This document shows, in pieces, positions 1 through 13,332 of a DNA stretch of 64,000 nt. The notes beneath the pieces are model-generated. The model searched no databases and was not told the DNA's origin. It was given only the letters and a program-made list of their open reading frames with translations. Every line of letters starts with the position of its first letter. Position 1 is the stretch's first letter. Made by a program: the position numbers and the translations under genes. This DNA comes from Octopus sinensis (taxonomy: Eukaryota): NCBI RefSeq assembly GCF_006345805.1, contig NC_042997.1, forward strand, positions 113,460,001-113,524,000, given 5' to 3'.

Positions 1-90
1 GAAGTTGTGAGATAATGTCTAATTGATTCAAATCAATGTGAATAAATAGCATTACATTGGACAGAGGAGTAATTGTGAATGCTAAAGAGT
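1..90. mobile_element. End of a TTAA-type MITE (MITE family 2), cut by the window edge
   Basis: Ends in gaatgctaaagag-tta. The body matches the copies at 15464-15685 and 32040-32257. Confidence 0.55.
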
Positions 91-98
91 TACGGCAG

Positions 99-365
99 TC
101 ATCATCATCACCATCATTGTCCATGCTGGCATGGGTTGGACGGTTTGACCGGGCTGGTAAGCTGGAAGGCTGCATTGGACTCTAGTCTGATTTGGCATGG
201 TGTTCTATGGTTGGTTGCTCTTCCTAATGCCAACAATTCCGAGAGTATAATGGGTGCTTTTACATTTCACCAGCAAGGGTGCCATTTGCATGACACTGGG
301 GGTGCTTTTACGTGCCACTGGCACAAGTGCCATTTGCATGACACTGGAGTGCTTTAACGTGCCAC
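99..365 (-). mobile_element. SINE family C (3' (GAT)n tail, GGAAGGGCATCCAGCTG-type core)
   Basis: (CAT)n followed by ccatgctggcatgggttggacggtttgac...cttcctaatgccaac and repeated gtgcttttacgtgccactggcac modules. The same sequence recurs more than 10 times in the window. Confidence 0.75.
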
Positions 366-1801
366 TAGATGATAACAAAAGAGTTAATAGTAATGACAAA
401 GTTATTTTACTAAATTCTTCATTATTTTCAAAGTTTCTGAAAGTTCTTGGCTCTAAGGAAATGGTATTGGTCACTGCTGAGAAGGGAGCGAGAGTCAAAG
501 AGTTGCAGAAAGTGATTGCCACCAATTGCTTTCATTACTTTTTGAGATGGAAATGTGTCAGGTATGGTTTTCTTTCATGTGGATGGAACACACAGAAGAG
601 TTGTTTGTAACGATCTAATTAGCATCGTTGTTAGGTGTCATCTACTCTTAGCAGATTGAATATCAAGGATCTCCATTTGGGTAGATCTAAGATCCATGAT
701 TTAGTATGGGCATGGGCACAAGAACACCCACTAGAATTTTTGATTTTAGAAATTTTGATTCTGCACCCCTACTTTTCTCAGCCTTAGAAAACAGTGAATA
801 AAAAGCGATCTGTAAAAATTAGCTCAAAGTTAGATTTCTTCTCAAAAAACAAAAATAAATTAAAATCAAAACAATAAAACCTTGTGTGTAATAATTTTTG
901 GATCCCCTATGCAAATTTTGTTCCCGAGCCAGTGAGTATGGGTGCAGTTGGTAACAATCACACTTGAATGGTGCTTTTTACATGCCACTGGCACAGAAGC
1001 CAGTTAGCTGTCAAGTTGGAAGAATTCTTGCTGTGCTTGGGAAAAATGCTTAGCAACATTTCGTCTGGTTTTACATTCTGAGTTCAAACTCATTCAAGGT
1101 TGACTCTGCCTTTTGTCCTTTTAGAGTCAATAAGTATTGATTGAGTACTGGGGTCAATGTAATTCCCTTACTCCCTACCCAAAACTTGCTGCGCTTGTAG
1201 CAAAATTCGAAACCAACTTTATTATTTTACATTGATGGATGTCAGAATAAATAGAATGATTAGACAAAATGGTTCTGGGTTCAGTTTAATCAACTCCCCA
1301 GTTTCCCAAATCTAAGCCACCCTCTCACCCCAGTTCTTTTTTCTGTTACATAAATGGAAGACAGAATCGGTGGAGCATTAACTTTTAGATAAAACATCTT
1401 ACAATATTCAATTACATTTTTTTACCTTCAAACTTCAAGTTCCTTTAAGGTCAACTTTGCCTTTTGTGCTCCCTTGGTCGATAAAGAAACTACCTGTAAT
1501 ATACTAGGTTTGATTTAATCAACTCTTCCAGTCCCTCAAATTTTTGGGCTTTCATCTGATTATTTTACCTTCATTGAGGTGAACTTATTGCAGAATGTCA
1601 GGCTTTGTGCATCCATGTTTGGACATTGTCCAAGACTGTCTGTCATTTGTTTTTAGGATCAGTTTGATAAATGCCATAATTATATTAGTTTTGATTCAAT
1701 AGACATCAGTGTATTCTTTGCAAAATTTGCTTTCTACTTAATCATATTTATATATGAAATGTGTGTGTGTGTGTGTGCGCATATATACATACACACACAT
1801 A

Positions 1802-2110
1802 CAGTCTGCAAAAAAAAATGTATACATACTTTGAGAAAAGAAAAATGTGTAGAAATATTTTGATACTAAATTCATTCAGACATTATGAGAATAATGCAAG
1901 TTACATTTAACCTCTACAATTACAAAAGATGCTCAAAGTGGTGGCCTTTAGCTTACAATCACTTATTAGAATGGCAAGCTGCTGCTTGGGCAACATTGGT
2001 CAAAGTGTCCAATGGGATTGCTGCATATGCAGTTTCAGTTTCTTCCCAAAGGGCCATCAATGTAGCTGGTTTTCTGCAATACATGATATCCTTTAACCTT
2101 TGGCACACTG
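1802..2110 (-). mobile_element. Tc1/mariner-superfamily deletion derivative carrying the transposase C-terminus
   Basis: Ends are TA|CAGTCTGCAAA and TTGGCACACTG|TA (imperfect TIR, TA on both sides). Minus strand 2096-1920 translates LKDIMYCRKPATLMALWEETETAYAAIPLDTLTNVAQAAACHSNK*L*AKGHHFEHLL*, matching the LKxxVY..P.T..L...I...G.HFEHLL tail of Tc1/mariner-type transposases. Confidence 0.75.
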
Positions 2111-2571
2111 TAGGTGCATAATATCACTGTATGAGTTTTCTCACCTGTAATAACAGGACAGTGGCAGGGGAAATAATTCTAGAGAAAATGCTGTGTGCTA
2201 AAGATTAAGATGTTCCATGAGTAAAAGTCTGCAGGTGTTAAATAAGAAAAACATGCAAGGAACTCAACTGCACCTCTTTGTCCTATCCAGTGTCCTTGAA
2301 AATTCTCTTCCTGGTAAGCTCACATGTCTCTATAGTGTGGAAGTTCACCGTCTGGTCCATGAAGTGCATGTGTGGCTGCTAAAATGGACAAGCATAGCAT
2401 ATCTAGGTATGCTTGACCAGTATCAGTACCTTCAAAGAAAAATGGTCCTATAAAACCTCTTGAGGACACTCCACACCAGACAATAACCCCCCACCAGTAA
2501 CTTGACTGTTTTGTTCACATATCAAAGAAAAAAGGCAAAAAGAGTTAAAAATAACTTGTATTAACCTTGTA

Positions 2572-2860
2572 ATCATCATCATCATTTGTCTGTTTTCCAT
2601 GCTGGCATGGGTTACAGTTTGACTGGGGACTGGAAAGCCAGGAGGCTGCACCAGGCTCCAATCTGATCTGGTAAGGTTTCTACAGCTGGATGCCCTTCCT
2701 AGTGCCAACCACTCCAAGAGTGTAGAGGGTGCTTTTTACATACCACCATCATGGGAGCCAGACAGGCGGTACTGGCAATGACCTACGCGTGAATGGTGCT
2801 TATTGCATACCACTAGCACAAGAGCTAGTCAGGTGGCACTGGCATCAGCCACAACTACAA
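2572..2860 (-). mobile_element. SINE family C
   Basis: (CAT)n then ttttccatgctggcatgggtt...ctacagctggatgcccttcct...aaccactcc. Confidence 0.75.
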
Positions 2861-3540
2861 TTTCCATTTTTGAATGTGATTTTATTTTTGATTTTATTTG
2901 ACTCAGTAGGTCTCCTCAAGTGCTGCATGTCGCCTGATGATTCAAAGGCACTTTTTAAATGGGTTGGTTATGCGACACTGGTATAGGCTACAGCAGTGAT
3001 CTTGCCGGGTCTTCTCAATCACAGACGTCTGAATAAATTTCACGTTAAGATATTCCTACATGTTTTTATTTAACTGAAGTGTGTATACATTTTTTTGACA
3101 GACTCTGTATATATAAGCATAGACATGACTGTGGAACCTTGAACAAGAACAAATATCTTCTATTATAGCCCTGGGCCAACCAAAGTCTTGTGGGTGGGTT
3201 TGGTTGACAGGAACTGAAACTTGTGTGTGTTACTAAGTCATTTGGGAACATTTGTTGTATTTCATGACATTGTCTATGGAGGAAGCTTTATATTAGTCAT
3301 GGTTGTTGGTGGTGGTATGATTGACTAATTCCTGGTCAGCTGTGATTGACTAATCTGTTGCTACACAACTAATCACACGAATGACTAAGAGTAACCCAGT
3401 AATCCACAGGCCTGTTATAACTCTAACAAGATGAGGGTCATATGGCACACCCTGGTTTGCTGTGGGTATGGCGTAGTGTAACAGTGTAGGCATGGTCTTT
3501 ATATAGTTGTTAGCACTGCCATTTGTATCTTAGTATAAAG

Positions 3541-3842
3541 TAACTGGCACTCCGTTGGCTATGATCCGATCATTGGAACATGCTGCTTGTGAAATTGATG
3601 TGCATGTGGCTGAGTACTCCACAGACACATGTCCCTTTAGAGTGGATCGCAGGGAGATTCAACGTGACACTGAATGTGACAAGGCCGGACCTTTGAGATA
3701 CAGGTCCAACTCATTTTTGCCAGCTGATTAGACTGGAGCACCATGAAATAAAGTGTCTTGCTCAAGGACATGATACACCACTCAGAATTGAACTCCTGAC
3801 CTCATGATTGCGAGCTGAATACCCTAAACACTAAGCTGAATG
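3541..3842 (-). mobile_element. SINE family D (tRNA-derived head, CORE-like tgtccttgagcaagacacttt domain)
   Basis: Reverse complement of the copies at 53245-53556 and 63165-63937, with A/B-box-like motifs at the right end. Confidence 0.75.
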
Positions 3843-3889
3843 CTTTCACTGTGATATAAAGTAGTTCTTAATATTTTGTACTGTAGGGG

Positions 3890-4730
3890 GAGGTGGTGAG
3901 CTGGCAGAATCGTTAGCACATCAGGGAAAATGACTAATGGTGTTTCATACATCTTTACATTCTGGGTTCAAATCCCACCTGAGTCGACTTTGCCTTTCAC
4001 CCTTCTGGAGTCGATAAAATAAGTACCAGTTGAGCCCTGGGGTCAGTATGATTGACTTATCTGCTTCTCCGATCTTGCTGGCCTTTTGCCAAAATTTGAA
4101 GTCAGTATTGTATCATAGAGCTGAGTTTGAATTCCACCAAGGTCCACTTCCCTTTCATACTTTCAAGATCGAGGAAATAAGTACCAGTTAAATACTGGGG
4201 TCGATGTAATTGCCTAACCCTCTTCTTATTTCTTTATTGCCCACAAGGGGCCAAACGTAGAGGGGGCAAACAAGGGGATTAAGTCAATTACATTGACTGC
4301 AGTGCGTAACTGGTACTTAATTCATCGACCCCAAAAGGATGAAAGGCAAAGTCGACCTCAGCGGAATTTGAACTCAGAACATAAAGACAGACGAGATATC
4401 AATAAGCATTTCGACCGGCTTGCTAACGTTTCTGCCACCTCACTGCTGAGCCCCTTTCTACTCCCAAATACCTGGCCCTATGGCTAGAGTAGAAAAGAAT
4501 ATTATATTGTACAGCAGGGTGGTGGATTGGCAGAATTAGCAAAGCATTTGACGAAATGCTTGCGAAGTATAGATACAGCCCTTTATGTTGTGAGTTCAAT
4601 CCTTGCTGAAGTCAATTTTGCCTTTTCACCATTTGTGGTTGATAAAATAAAGCACCAGGCAAGTGTTGCGGTTGATTTAATCTGCTAACCCATCCCCACC
4701 AAATTCTTGGCCTTCTGCCATTCTTAAAAA
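3890..4730. mobile_element. Cluster of SINE family A copies (3890-4105 +, 4226-4442 -, 4518-4730 +)
   Basis: Head ggtggtgagctggcagaatcgttagca, B box gggttcaaatcc, body gtcgactttgcctttca...taagtaccagtt...ctggggtc. Confidence 0.75.
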
Positions 4731-4789
4731 TTTTAGAACAGAAATAGGATTGGTAACAATAGAGCATCATATTAAACTGTTGTTAATAT

Positions 4790-4880
4790 TGTAGTAGTAG
4801 TAGCAGCAGCAGCAACAATGACAGTGATGGTGGTAGTAGCAATAACAGAATTAGTAATAATAGCAACAGCAGTGGTGATG

Positions 4881-4911
<31 letters not shown>

Positions 4912-5170
4912 CAGTGATGGTAGTAGTAGTAATGGTGGTACCGATAGTAGTAGTAGTTGTGGTAGTAGTAGTAATGATGGTGGTGGCAATAGTAGTAGTA
5001 GCAGCGGTGGTGGTTGTTGTAGTAGTAGTAGCGGTGGTGATAGTAATGATGGTAGTGGTTGTAGTAGAAGCAGCAGCAATAGTAGTAGCGGTGGTGGTGG
5101 TGGTTGTTGTTGTAGTAGTAGTAATGATGGTAGTAGTAGTAGCAGTAGTGGTGGTGGTGGTGGTGGTGGC
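4790..5170. repeat. Compound trinucleotide microsatellite (GTA/GTG/GCA/GTT)n
   Basis: Directly visible. It explains the poly-Thr, Val, Leu, His and Tyr ORFs. Confidence 0.95.
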
Positions 5171-7002
5171 TGTCTGCATTGATCACCTTTTTTGTCTATT
5201 ATTCTTCTGGGATGATTCAATCATTGTATTTCTTCTGATCATCATCAATTCCACAAAGAACATTGATTCTTTGATCAAAGCATTCATTCTCTCTCTTCTA
5301 TCTGCAGTGCAACCAAATAAATGTTTCCAATCGAAAAATACACTTGGAGTTGGTCCCGCAGTTTGATTTTTTTTTATTTATTGAAAGTCTCATTTGCTCA
5401 GCACTGGCAGACGCTAACTCGTTTGAAACCAACTTGTCTGAAGCACTCCTGGTTCTTCAGCATCAACCTCCTGTTTAAAATAATCTTTATGTTCCAAATA
5501 TTATCTTAATAAAGACAAGTTATTTTACTAAATTCTTTATGATTTTCAAAATTATTTCAAACAAGGTGGGGTGTAACCGGCCCACTTATGAGTACCCCTC
5601 ATTCATTGGACAATAAACTTTGCTTGTGAAGACCCATTGAGGCAAGTGAAATCAAATCAAAATCGCTGACATGGCCAATAATAGTACCACCTGATTGGCA
5701 CTCGTGCCAGTGGAATGTTAAAAGCACTCTAATGATGCTTTTTATGTGCCACCGGCACAGGAGCCAGACAGGCAGCACTGGCATTGACCATGCTCAAATG
5801 GTTCTTTTTACATACATATGTATTTAACATAGACAGGCTTTCAGTTCCCATCTGCCAAATCCACTATAACAAGGGTTTGGTCTCCTGGAGCTATAATGGA
5901 AGACACTTACTCAAGGCATCATCTGGGCCTGAACCCAAAACCACAAGATCAGGAAGCAGACTTCTTAACACACAGCCAAATCTTCCCTGTAGAATCCTAC
6001 CTGAAATCAATTCCTGTCCAAGCTGTGCTAGCATGGAGAAATGGACGTCGGACAAAACAAATGTCTTTTAAACGGCAATAAATCTGTTCCAGATATTATC
6101 TTTATTTTTCTCTGTTGATGTTGAAATTATAGGTTTTGAATTTTAAAGTCCAGATTCATGACATTTGCTACTCTCTTGGTGTGTGTTATGACAGTCACTG
6201 CCGTCGTACATGCTGGTTGTTTTAGAAAAACAAGTGCTTAATTCCAAGCCATATTTCTACAGTTTTATTGACAGATGGCTCTTTAAATATGCATTATTCT
6301 GAATGATTCCTGATATTAGGATTTCTTCCTGGCTATTATATTGGTATAAAAGACGCGTTGATTTTCACGAAGCATCACCATGCTGTCAGCTACTATTAAA
6401 TGGTTACATTCACACACGCAACTCTAAAATTATGCACACATACGTATACATACTTATGCCCCTATACACAAACATGCCTCGACACGCAAACACACATACG
6501 TATCTATACACCTATGCACATACAAACAAACATATAGCTATACAACTATACACACATACATATATATATATTTATACACCTACCTATACACACACACATG
6601 CACTCCTACATTTATATAGACACAGACTTACATGATTTGTCACATGAGACAGCCCATACCGCCTTCCTCTTGGAAAATATAACTATCAGTGACATTTTAG
6701 TCAATGAATTTCTTATGAGAAAATTATCTCAGCCATTTTGCTCTAATGTATATTTATTATGATGTAATCTTCTAGCTTCACTTTATTTTATTTTATTTTA
6801 TTTCATTTCTCTTATCTTCTGGTGTTCAGAATTTTGGCTGCTGGAAGTATAATGGTAGCTCATTCATATTTGGGATGTGTGTGTATATAACATATACATA
6901 TATATATATACATACATGCACACACATCCATTTACATAAATACAATAAATACATAGATATTTACATGTACACACACATATTGGCTTATACATGTGTAAAT
7001 GT

Positions 7003-7038
<36 letters not shown>

Positions 7039-7344
7039 GATAGATAGATAGATATATAAACAAATTTTAGGTTATTTAAAATATGTTTGTGGCATATTTT
7101 AACTTCTAAAGGCAAATTCATTGCAATTACCGTGAAGAAAAAATTCTTTCTTCTGGTAAAAGGTATAAAAACCCCGTATCTGCTCTATGCTTCCCTCTTG
7201 TGGTTTCCCAGACGCATGTTTCTAGCTCTTTAACCTTCACCAATGAGAAATACGGAAATGAGGTAACTCTGATATCAGAAACGTATTCTAATTAACTTAA
7301 AGTTTGCTTATTCCTCATCACTGCTTGGTGTTGATGCTGCTATA

Positions 7345-7710
7345 TATATATATATATATCCTTTTACTTGTTTCACTTATTAGACTGATGCTCATGCTGG
7401 AGCACTGTCTTGAAGAATTTCAGTCAAATGAATTGACCCCAGTGCTTATTACTTTTTGGTAAAACCAGGTACTTATTCAATTGATCTTGTTTGCCAAACC
7501 ACTAAGTCACAGGGATGTAAACACACACTCACTTATAGATGTATACATGCAACAGCTTCTCTTAGTTTCTATCAGCCAAATCCACTCACAAGGCTTTGGT
7601 CAGCCTGAGACTGGAGAAGAAGACACTTGCTCGAGGTGCCATGCTGTGGGACTGAACTTGGAACCATGTGTTTGAAAAGCAAACTTCTTACCACACAACC
7701 ACACCTGCAC
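7345..7710 (-). mobile_element. SINE family B, diverged
   Basis: Reverse complement of the 7962-8403 copy. Confidence 0.7.
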
Positions 7711-7961
7711 CAACATATGTATACACACACACAGATCATGTTGACTGGGACAGTAATTTTGACTACTGTCGGTTAAGAGCCATTCCAACAGTAAATGCTC
7801 ATTTGTTAGTTTTAAAATTGCTTTCAGGTGACATTATTTAACACACAATATATGTGTGTATATATATTTATATATGTATGTATATTAATATATATATGTG
7901 TGTGTGTATGCATATATATATGTATATATATGGGCGTAGGAGTGGCTGTGTGTATACATAT

Positions 7962-8147
7962 AGGCGTAGGAGTGGCTGTGTGGTAAGTAGCTTGCTTACG
8001 AACCACATGGTTTCGGGTTCAGTCCCACTGCATGGCACCTTGGGCAAGTGTCTTCTACTATAGCCTTGGGCCGACCAAAGCCTTGTGAGTGGATTTGGTA
8101 GATGGAAACTGAAAGAAGCCCGTCGTATATATATATATATATATATA

Positions 8148-8178
<31 letters not shown>

Positions 8179-8403
8179 CTTGTGTGCGTGCGTGTTTGTC
8201 TGTGTTTGTCCCCCCGACATCGCTTGACAATCGATGCTGGTGTGTTTACGTCCCCATAACTTAGCGGTTCGGCAAAAAAGAGACCGATAAAATAAGTACT
8301 AGGCTTACAAAGAATAAGTCCTGGGGTCAATTTGATCGACTAAAGGTGGTGCTCCAGCATGGCCACAGTCACATGACTGAAGCAAGTAAATGAGTAAAAG
8401 AGT
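7962..8403 (+). mobile_element. SINE family B, full length (tRNA-derived head, internal TA/TG microsatellite, AAAAGAGT tail)
   Basis: A-box-like tggctgtgtggtaag, B-box-like gggttcagtccc, then ggcaccttgggcaagtgtct, internal (TA)n(TG)n and the tail gtaaatgagtaaaagagta. The first ~20 nt of the head are duplicated at 7933-7952. Confidence 0.85.
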
Positions 8404-8640
8404 ATATCCAGTCATTTTTTGCTAGTTCTATTTTATCTTTTTGTCTTCTCTCCTTGTGCTGTATGAACATTTAATGTGGTTTTACAGTCAGATTTTGGGT
8501 GCTATTTTCAGCATGGCAGTATCTTGTAGATACCCTAAATTATAATTTTAATAATAATTATTACCTTTGAAGGTTTTTATTTCCATGCTGGCCACTTGAT
8601 AAGATCGTTATTTAATTTAAATTAACAATCTTATCCATAT

Positions 8641-8679
<39 letters not shown>

Positions 8680-8683
<4 letters not shown>

Positions 8684-8922
8684 GTTGGTGCATAATTATT
8701 GCGGCTTTTTTCAACAAATTTTATTCAACAAAATCAATGACAATATTTAACAAAAATATCTTTAAATGATGGTCTGACCGTCTGCCAAGCAAATGGGAAG
8801 CATTAATTGAAGTAGATGGTGAATATGCTCTGGAATAATCATTTAAAGATGTTTTTGTTACATGTCATTGTTTTTGTTAAATAAAATTTGTTGAAAAAAA
8901 GTCGCAATAATTATGCACCAAC

Positions 8923-8926
<4 letters not shown>
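8680..8926 (+). mobile_element. Mariner internal-deletion MITE with ~90-bp TIRs inside a (TA)n tract
   Basis: TA|TTGGGTTGGTGCATAATTATTGCGG... and ...GTCGCAATAATTATGCACCAACACAA|TA are inverted repeats. The core 8776-8838 encodes DRLPSKWEALIEVDGEYALE*, the mariner transposase C-terminal LPxRWxxxxxxxGxY motif. Confidence 0.85.
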
Positions 8927-8966
<40 letters not shown>

Positions 8967-9099
8967 TGTAAAAAAAATACAAACTGGGACAAGAACGCAA
9001 AACATTTAGAAGGCGATACAAAAAACACGGACGGGACATTTGAAGCCTTCAATCTTCAGTCAAGAACCAGATCATCCTCGCAATTTCGGCTGATTAATC

Positions 9100-9146
<47 letters not shown>

Positions 9147-10038
9147 CTACGTATGTATATGTATATTTATGAAAGTAGTAGTAGTTTGTGACGATTGGAG
9201 ATGAACAATGAGCCCTGGTTTATTACCTTTCACTTCTTTGGTTATTTCTTCTTAAATTGTTCCATGCCACATTACAGGATCTTGTTTTATTATTTCTTGA
9301 ACATCCATTTACTTATTGCCAGCGTATTTAATTACACAGTTGCCAATCTATAATTGCTGTAATTATATTTAACTGATCTCTAAACTAACCCATCTCAAAT
9401 ATTTTGATTGATTTTTAATTTATTTCTTTACCAGAACCGAAGCCATACAAACTCATTTTCACCGTTTATTGTTCGTAATAAATGACTTTGAATATTTCAA
9501 ACATGGCCGTTTATTTTAGAAATGTGTCTGCTAGTTTAATACATCTGCTTCTGTTTGCCAGTCGACAACAAATGAATATTTAAAGTTTGCATGCTTTTAT
9601 TTTTTTAATAATAATTTTGTCTCATGTTTGTTTGCTTACTGTTTGTTTTTCTTTTTTTTTTACCTTTTCATCTTTTGGTTCTTTCTATTTCGGACGTATC
9701 TCCATCTCTTCCTCCTCTGCACCAACATCTATGGTCTTCTGTGGTCCAACCCTGGCCATCCTCCTCCATCACTTCCTCATAACCTGACGTCCACCAATCA
9801 TCTTATTTCTGCTTGACTCTTTCATTCAAACTATTTCAAACCATACACTCTGAAAGTGTTGTCTGTGTGTCTGTGCTTTCATCTTTGTTGTCATCATCAT
9901 CACCATCACTTAACGTCTGTTATCCATGCAGGCACAAGTCAGATGGTTCAACAGGAAATGGCAAAGCGAGAGTACTGAATAGAGCTCTCTTGTCTACTTC
10001 AGCACGGTTTCCACAACTGGATGCCCTTCCTATTGTAA

Positions 10039-10193
10039 CACTATGTCGCATACATATGGTTGTGATGCATGTGCCTGGTGTACCCTTATCAAACATGTAG
10101 TCATGATGGGTATACTGGGCTTCATATATTTTACCCCAGTGTCATTTTGATGGCATGCACTGCTCTCTCACTCAATAATAAAATAATAATAAT
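10039..10193 (+). mobile_element. 5'-truncated copy of a TAA-tailed non-coding retroposon
   Basis: Near-identical to the reverse complement of 13870-14004 and ends in ctcactc-(AAT)n. Confidence 0.75.
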
Positions 10194-10759
10194 GCTTGCA
10201 AATACTACAAAATTAAATCCCATGATAAGTGGTACAGGCACCATACAGAGGTTGTAATAAATGGTGCTTTATTGTGCTTTATATGTGGCACCAGCACCTG
10301 TGAGCTCGCGTGACAAGGACCTCTCAGCTGAGAGAGGGAGTGGAACCGAGAGATTAGAGCTTACATAGAATCAATAACTGTTACTACCCCTCTCATGTTA
10401 CCGTTACCTTCTCACTACCCACTTGCTACCTCGACCTCCCTCTGTCTGTGCGTCATAAATCCCTTGGAAACAGTGTTACTCACTTCCAAACATGTCTTCA
10501 ACAATGGGGCTGCTCTCTGTTTCCAGCAAACCCACTCACAAGGCTTTGGTTGACCTGGGGTTACAGAAGACACCTGTCTATAGTACCACACCATGGGATT
10601 GAACCTGAGACCACATGCTTGCGAAGTAAACTTCTTGACCATACAGATATTCCAGCACCTGTTGTCGATTAGGCCTTATTATCCAGTTTGCTCCATCTTT
10701 GATCATTACCATGGAATGGTTAGATTGTCAATAGGGGAGACATGCATCTATTTTTTTTA

Positions 10760-11112
10760 GATTGTGACCATGCTGGGGCACCACCTCGAAGAATTTTAGT
10801 TGAAATAATTGACCCTCCCCTCCAGCACTTATTTTTTCTAAAGCTTGGTACTTATTCTATCAATCTCTTCTACTGAACTGCTAAGTTACAGGGAAATAAA
10901 CACACAAACACCACTTGTCAAGTAGTGGCAGGGGACAGACACACACACACACACAATGACAGGTTATTTCAGTTTCCGTCTATCAAATTCACTTTGACCA
11001 TCCTCAATCTATCGTAGAAGATACTTGCCAAAGGTGCCATGCAGTGGGTTTGAACCCAGAACCATGTGATTGGAAAGCAAACGTCTTACCACACAGCCAC
11101 ACCTGCACCTAT
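10760..11112 (-). mobile_element. SINE family B
   Basis: Same head, body and tail as 7962-8403 in reverse orientation. Confidence 0.7.
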
Positions 11113-12785
11113 ATAAACTATTTCTCCAATGAGAATTAAAACCTGTCCCATCTATATTTGCATGAAAAAGAAGAAAAAATAAAACAGAAAAGATGGCTGC
11201 TTAAAAAGAAAGAACACCCCTCACCCCCACCCTGAAAATAACTGAATAAAGAAAGAGAGAAGCCAAGCAAATAAATAGTGGTCATTGGTCATAAATTACA
11301 TTATTTGACATGTATTTGGTCATTTTCAGTGCTTGTTGATAGATAATAAGAGCTGATGTCCATTAATTCCAAATAATGATTATAAATCTAAACTGGTTTC
11401 TTATTGTTTGATGGGTTTGTTTTCATATCCAGTTACATTCTGACTATTTCCAGAGATCATCTGGTTTCACCAACAAGTGTATAGACTAAGAGGAAATAGT
11501 CAGCTTTGATAGCTGACTGATTTATCATCAGCAGGTCTCTTTAATGTCTTCTTTCTGTAGGCTGCTGCCGCTGATGGAAGGCGGTGAAGCTTAGCTGACA
11601 GTAAAACAGACTTGGTGCTACTGGTTCTCTAAGAACGAGTAAGAACGAAGTAGTGATAATATCGGGTAATGCTTAAAAAATGTTTGTAAAAGAGGAGGCA
11701 GTCGTTCACAATGGAAATTGTGGTTATTTAGATATTCTTCGGCAGAAATTGTTGTTGCAAATATACAACAGACAGGTATTACTGTGTGATGAAGAAGTTT
11801 ACTTCCTAACCACATAGTTTTGAGTTCAGTCCCATTATGCAGCATCTTGGGCAAATACTACTACAGCCCTGGGCTGGACAAATGCTTGTGAGGGGATTTG
11901 GTAGATGGAAACTGAAAGAAGCCTGTCACATGTATGTGTGTATGCTTATGTGTATGTATATAAATTGTGTTATCAGTTAATCCTTTCTACTATAGGCACG
12001 AGGCCTGAAATTGATTACATTATAGTTGATTACATTGATCCCCCCCCCCCCAGTACTCAACTGGTACTTAATTTGTTGACCCCAAAAGGATGAAAGGTAA
12101 AGTTGACCTTGGCGGAATTTGAACTCAGAACATAACAACGGGCGAAATGCCACCAATCATTTCATTCAGTGTGCTAACCTATGTAAGATTAGAAAAATGA
12201 ATGTTAAAACGATGATGATGAAATGGAAGATGGGAAATAAAAAGACAAGACAGATTTTTACAATTTGAGATTTATTATATCAAATATTTGTTTATCTTCA
12301 TTCATTTCACTATTATTATTATTATTAGTATTTTTTCTTCCATCACTGTCAATAGTTGTAAGCTTTCTTTGATAAGCCTAAATTCTAAAATAGAACTATT
12401 TTTTGTCATATTTCAACTGTGATTACTAATAGAAATGGCTAAACTACTCTACTCTGACAGTTGATTCCAGGGAATTTTATTATTTGTTGCTAATATCGTT
12501 AGCAATGAATAATAATGAATGAGGCAGCAGATAGAGTAGAGCCAGAAGCATAAGTGTGGCTGAGATGCTTGCTTGCCAACCATGCTGAGCAGCTGTTCAA
12601 ATGCTGCCGAGACTGACTTTGTCTTTGGTCTCTTTTGAGGCGGGGGTCGATAAGATAACTACAAGTTGAACTCTAAGGTGAATGTCATTGACTCACCTCT
12701 TCTCCTGAAAGTGCTGGCCTTGTGCCAAAACTTGAAATCATCATCATCATCATCATAGTTATTATTATCATTATTATTATTATTT

Positions 12786-13332
12786 TTGCATGGCTTCTGA
12801 CATTGGAGATGTACTACGGTGCCAGCTGTTCACTACCAGTGAGCTAAGGTAACACCTCTTATTTTTCGAGCACCTTCCGGAGTATTCGAGCGGCTCTAAG
12901 CAGTGCTGTTTTCTGCAAGTGCCCCAGCCTTATTGCAGCCCTTATTTGTCCCATGAACTTCTCAGGATTTTTACTCACTGTTCCCAGAGCTCTGATAATT
13001 ATTGGTACTACTACCATCTTCTTCATTGACCACAACTGCTTTACCTCCCAAGCTAACCTGTCATATTTATCGACTTTCCTTTCTTCCTTATGGCATACCT
13101 TGTTGTCAGCTGGGCATGCTATATCTGTGATCCAGCATAGTTTGTTTTCTTTCTCAATTAAAACTATGTCTGGCTTCTTATCCTCTATCTCATGGTCGCA
13201 CTGAATCATAAAATCCCGTAGGGTATTTGCATTATCATTTTCAATGATGCCTTCGGGTTTATGTTCATACCACTTTTTTGCTCTGTCTAGTCCATACTTG
13301 TTGCAATAATGATAATTGTTACAACTTTGCAA

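Noticed and set aside
4772-5366. 135-182 aa ORFs (poly-Thr mucin-like, poly-Val, poly-Leu)
   Set aside because: They are translations of a trinucleotide microsatellite that is open in several frames on both strands.
11561-11665. Coding exon after the acceptor ttctttctgtag, with possible donors at 11639 or 11666
   Set aside because: All three frames stop within about 35 nt. At most it is a UTR or terminal exon, which the sequence alone cannot support.
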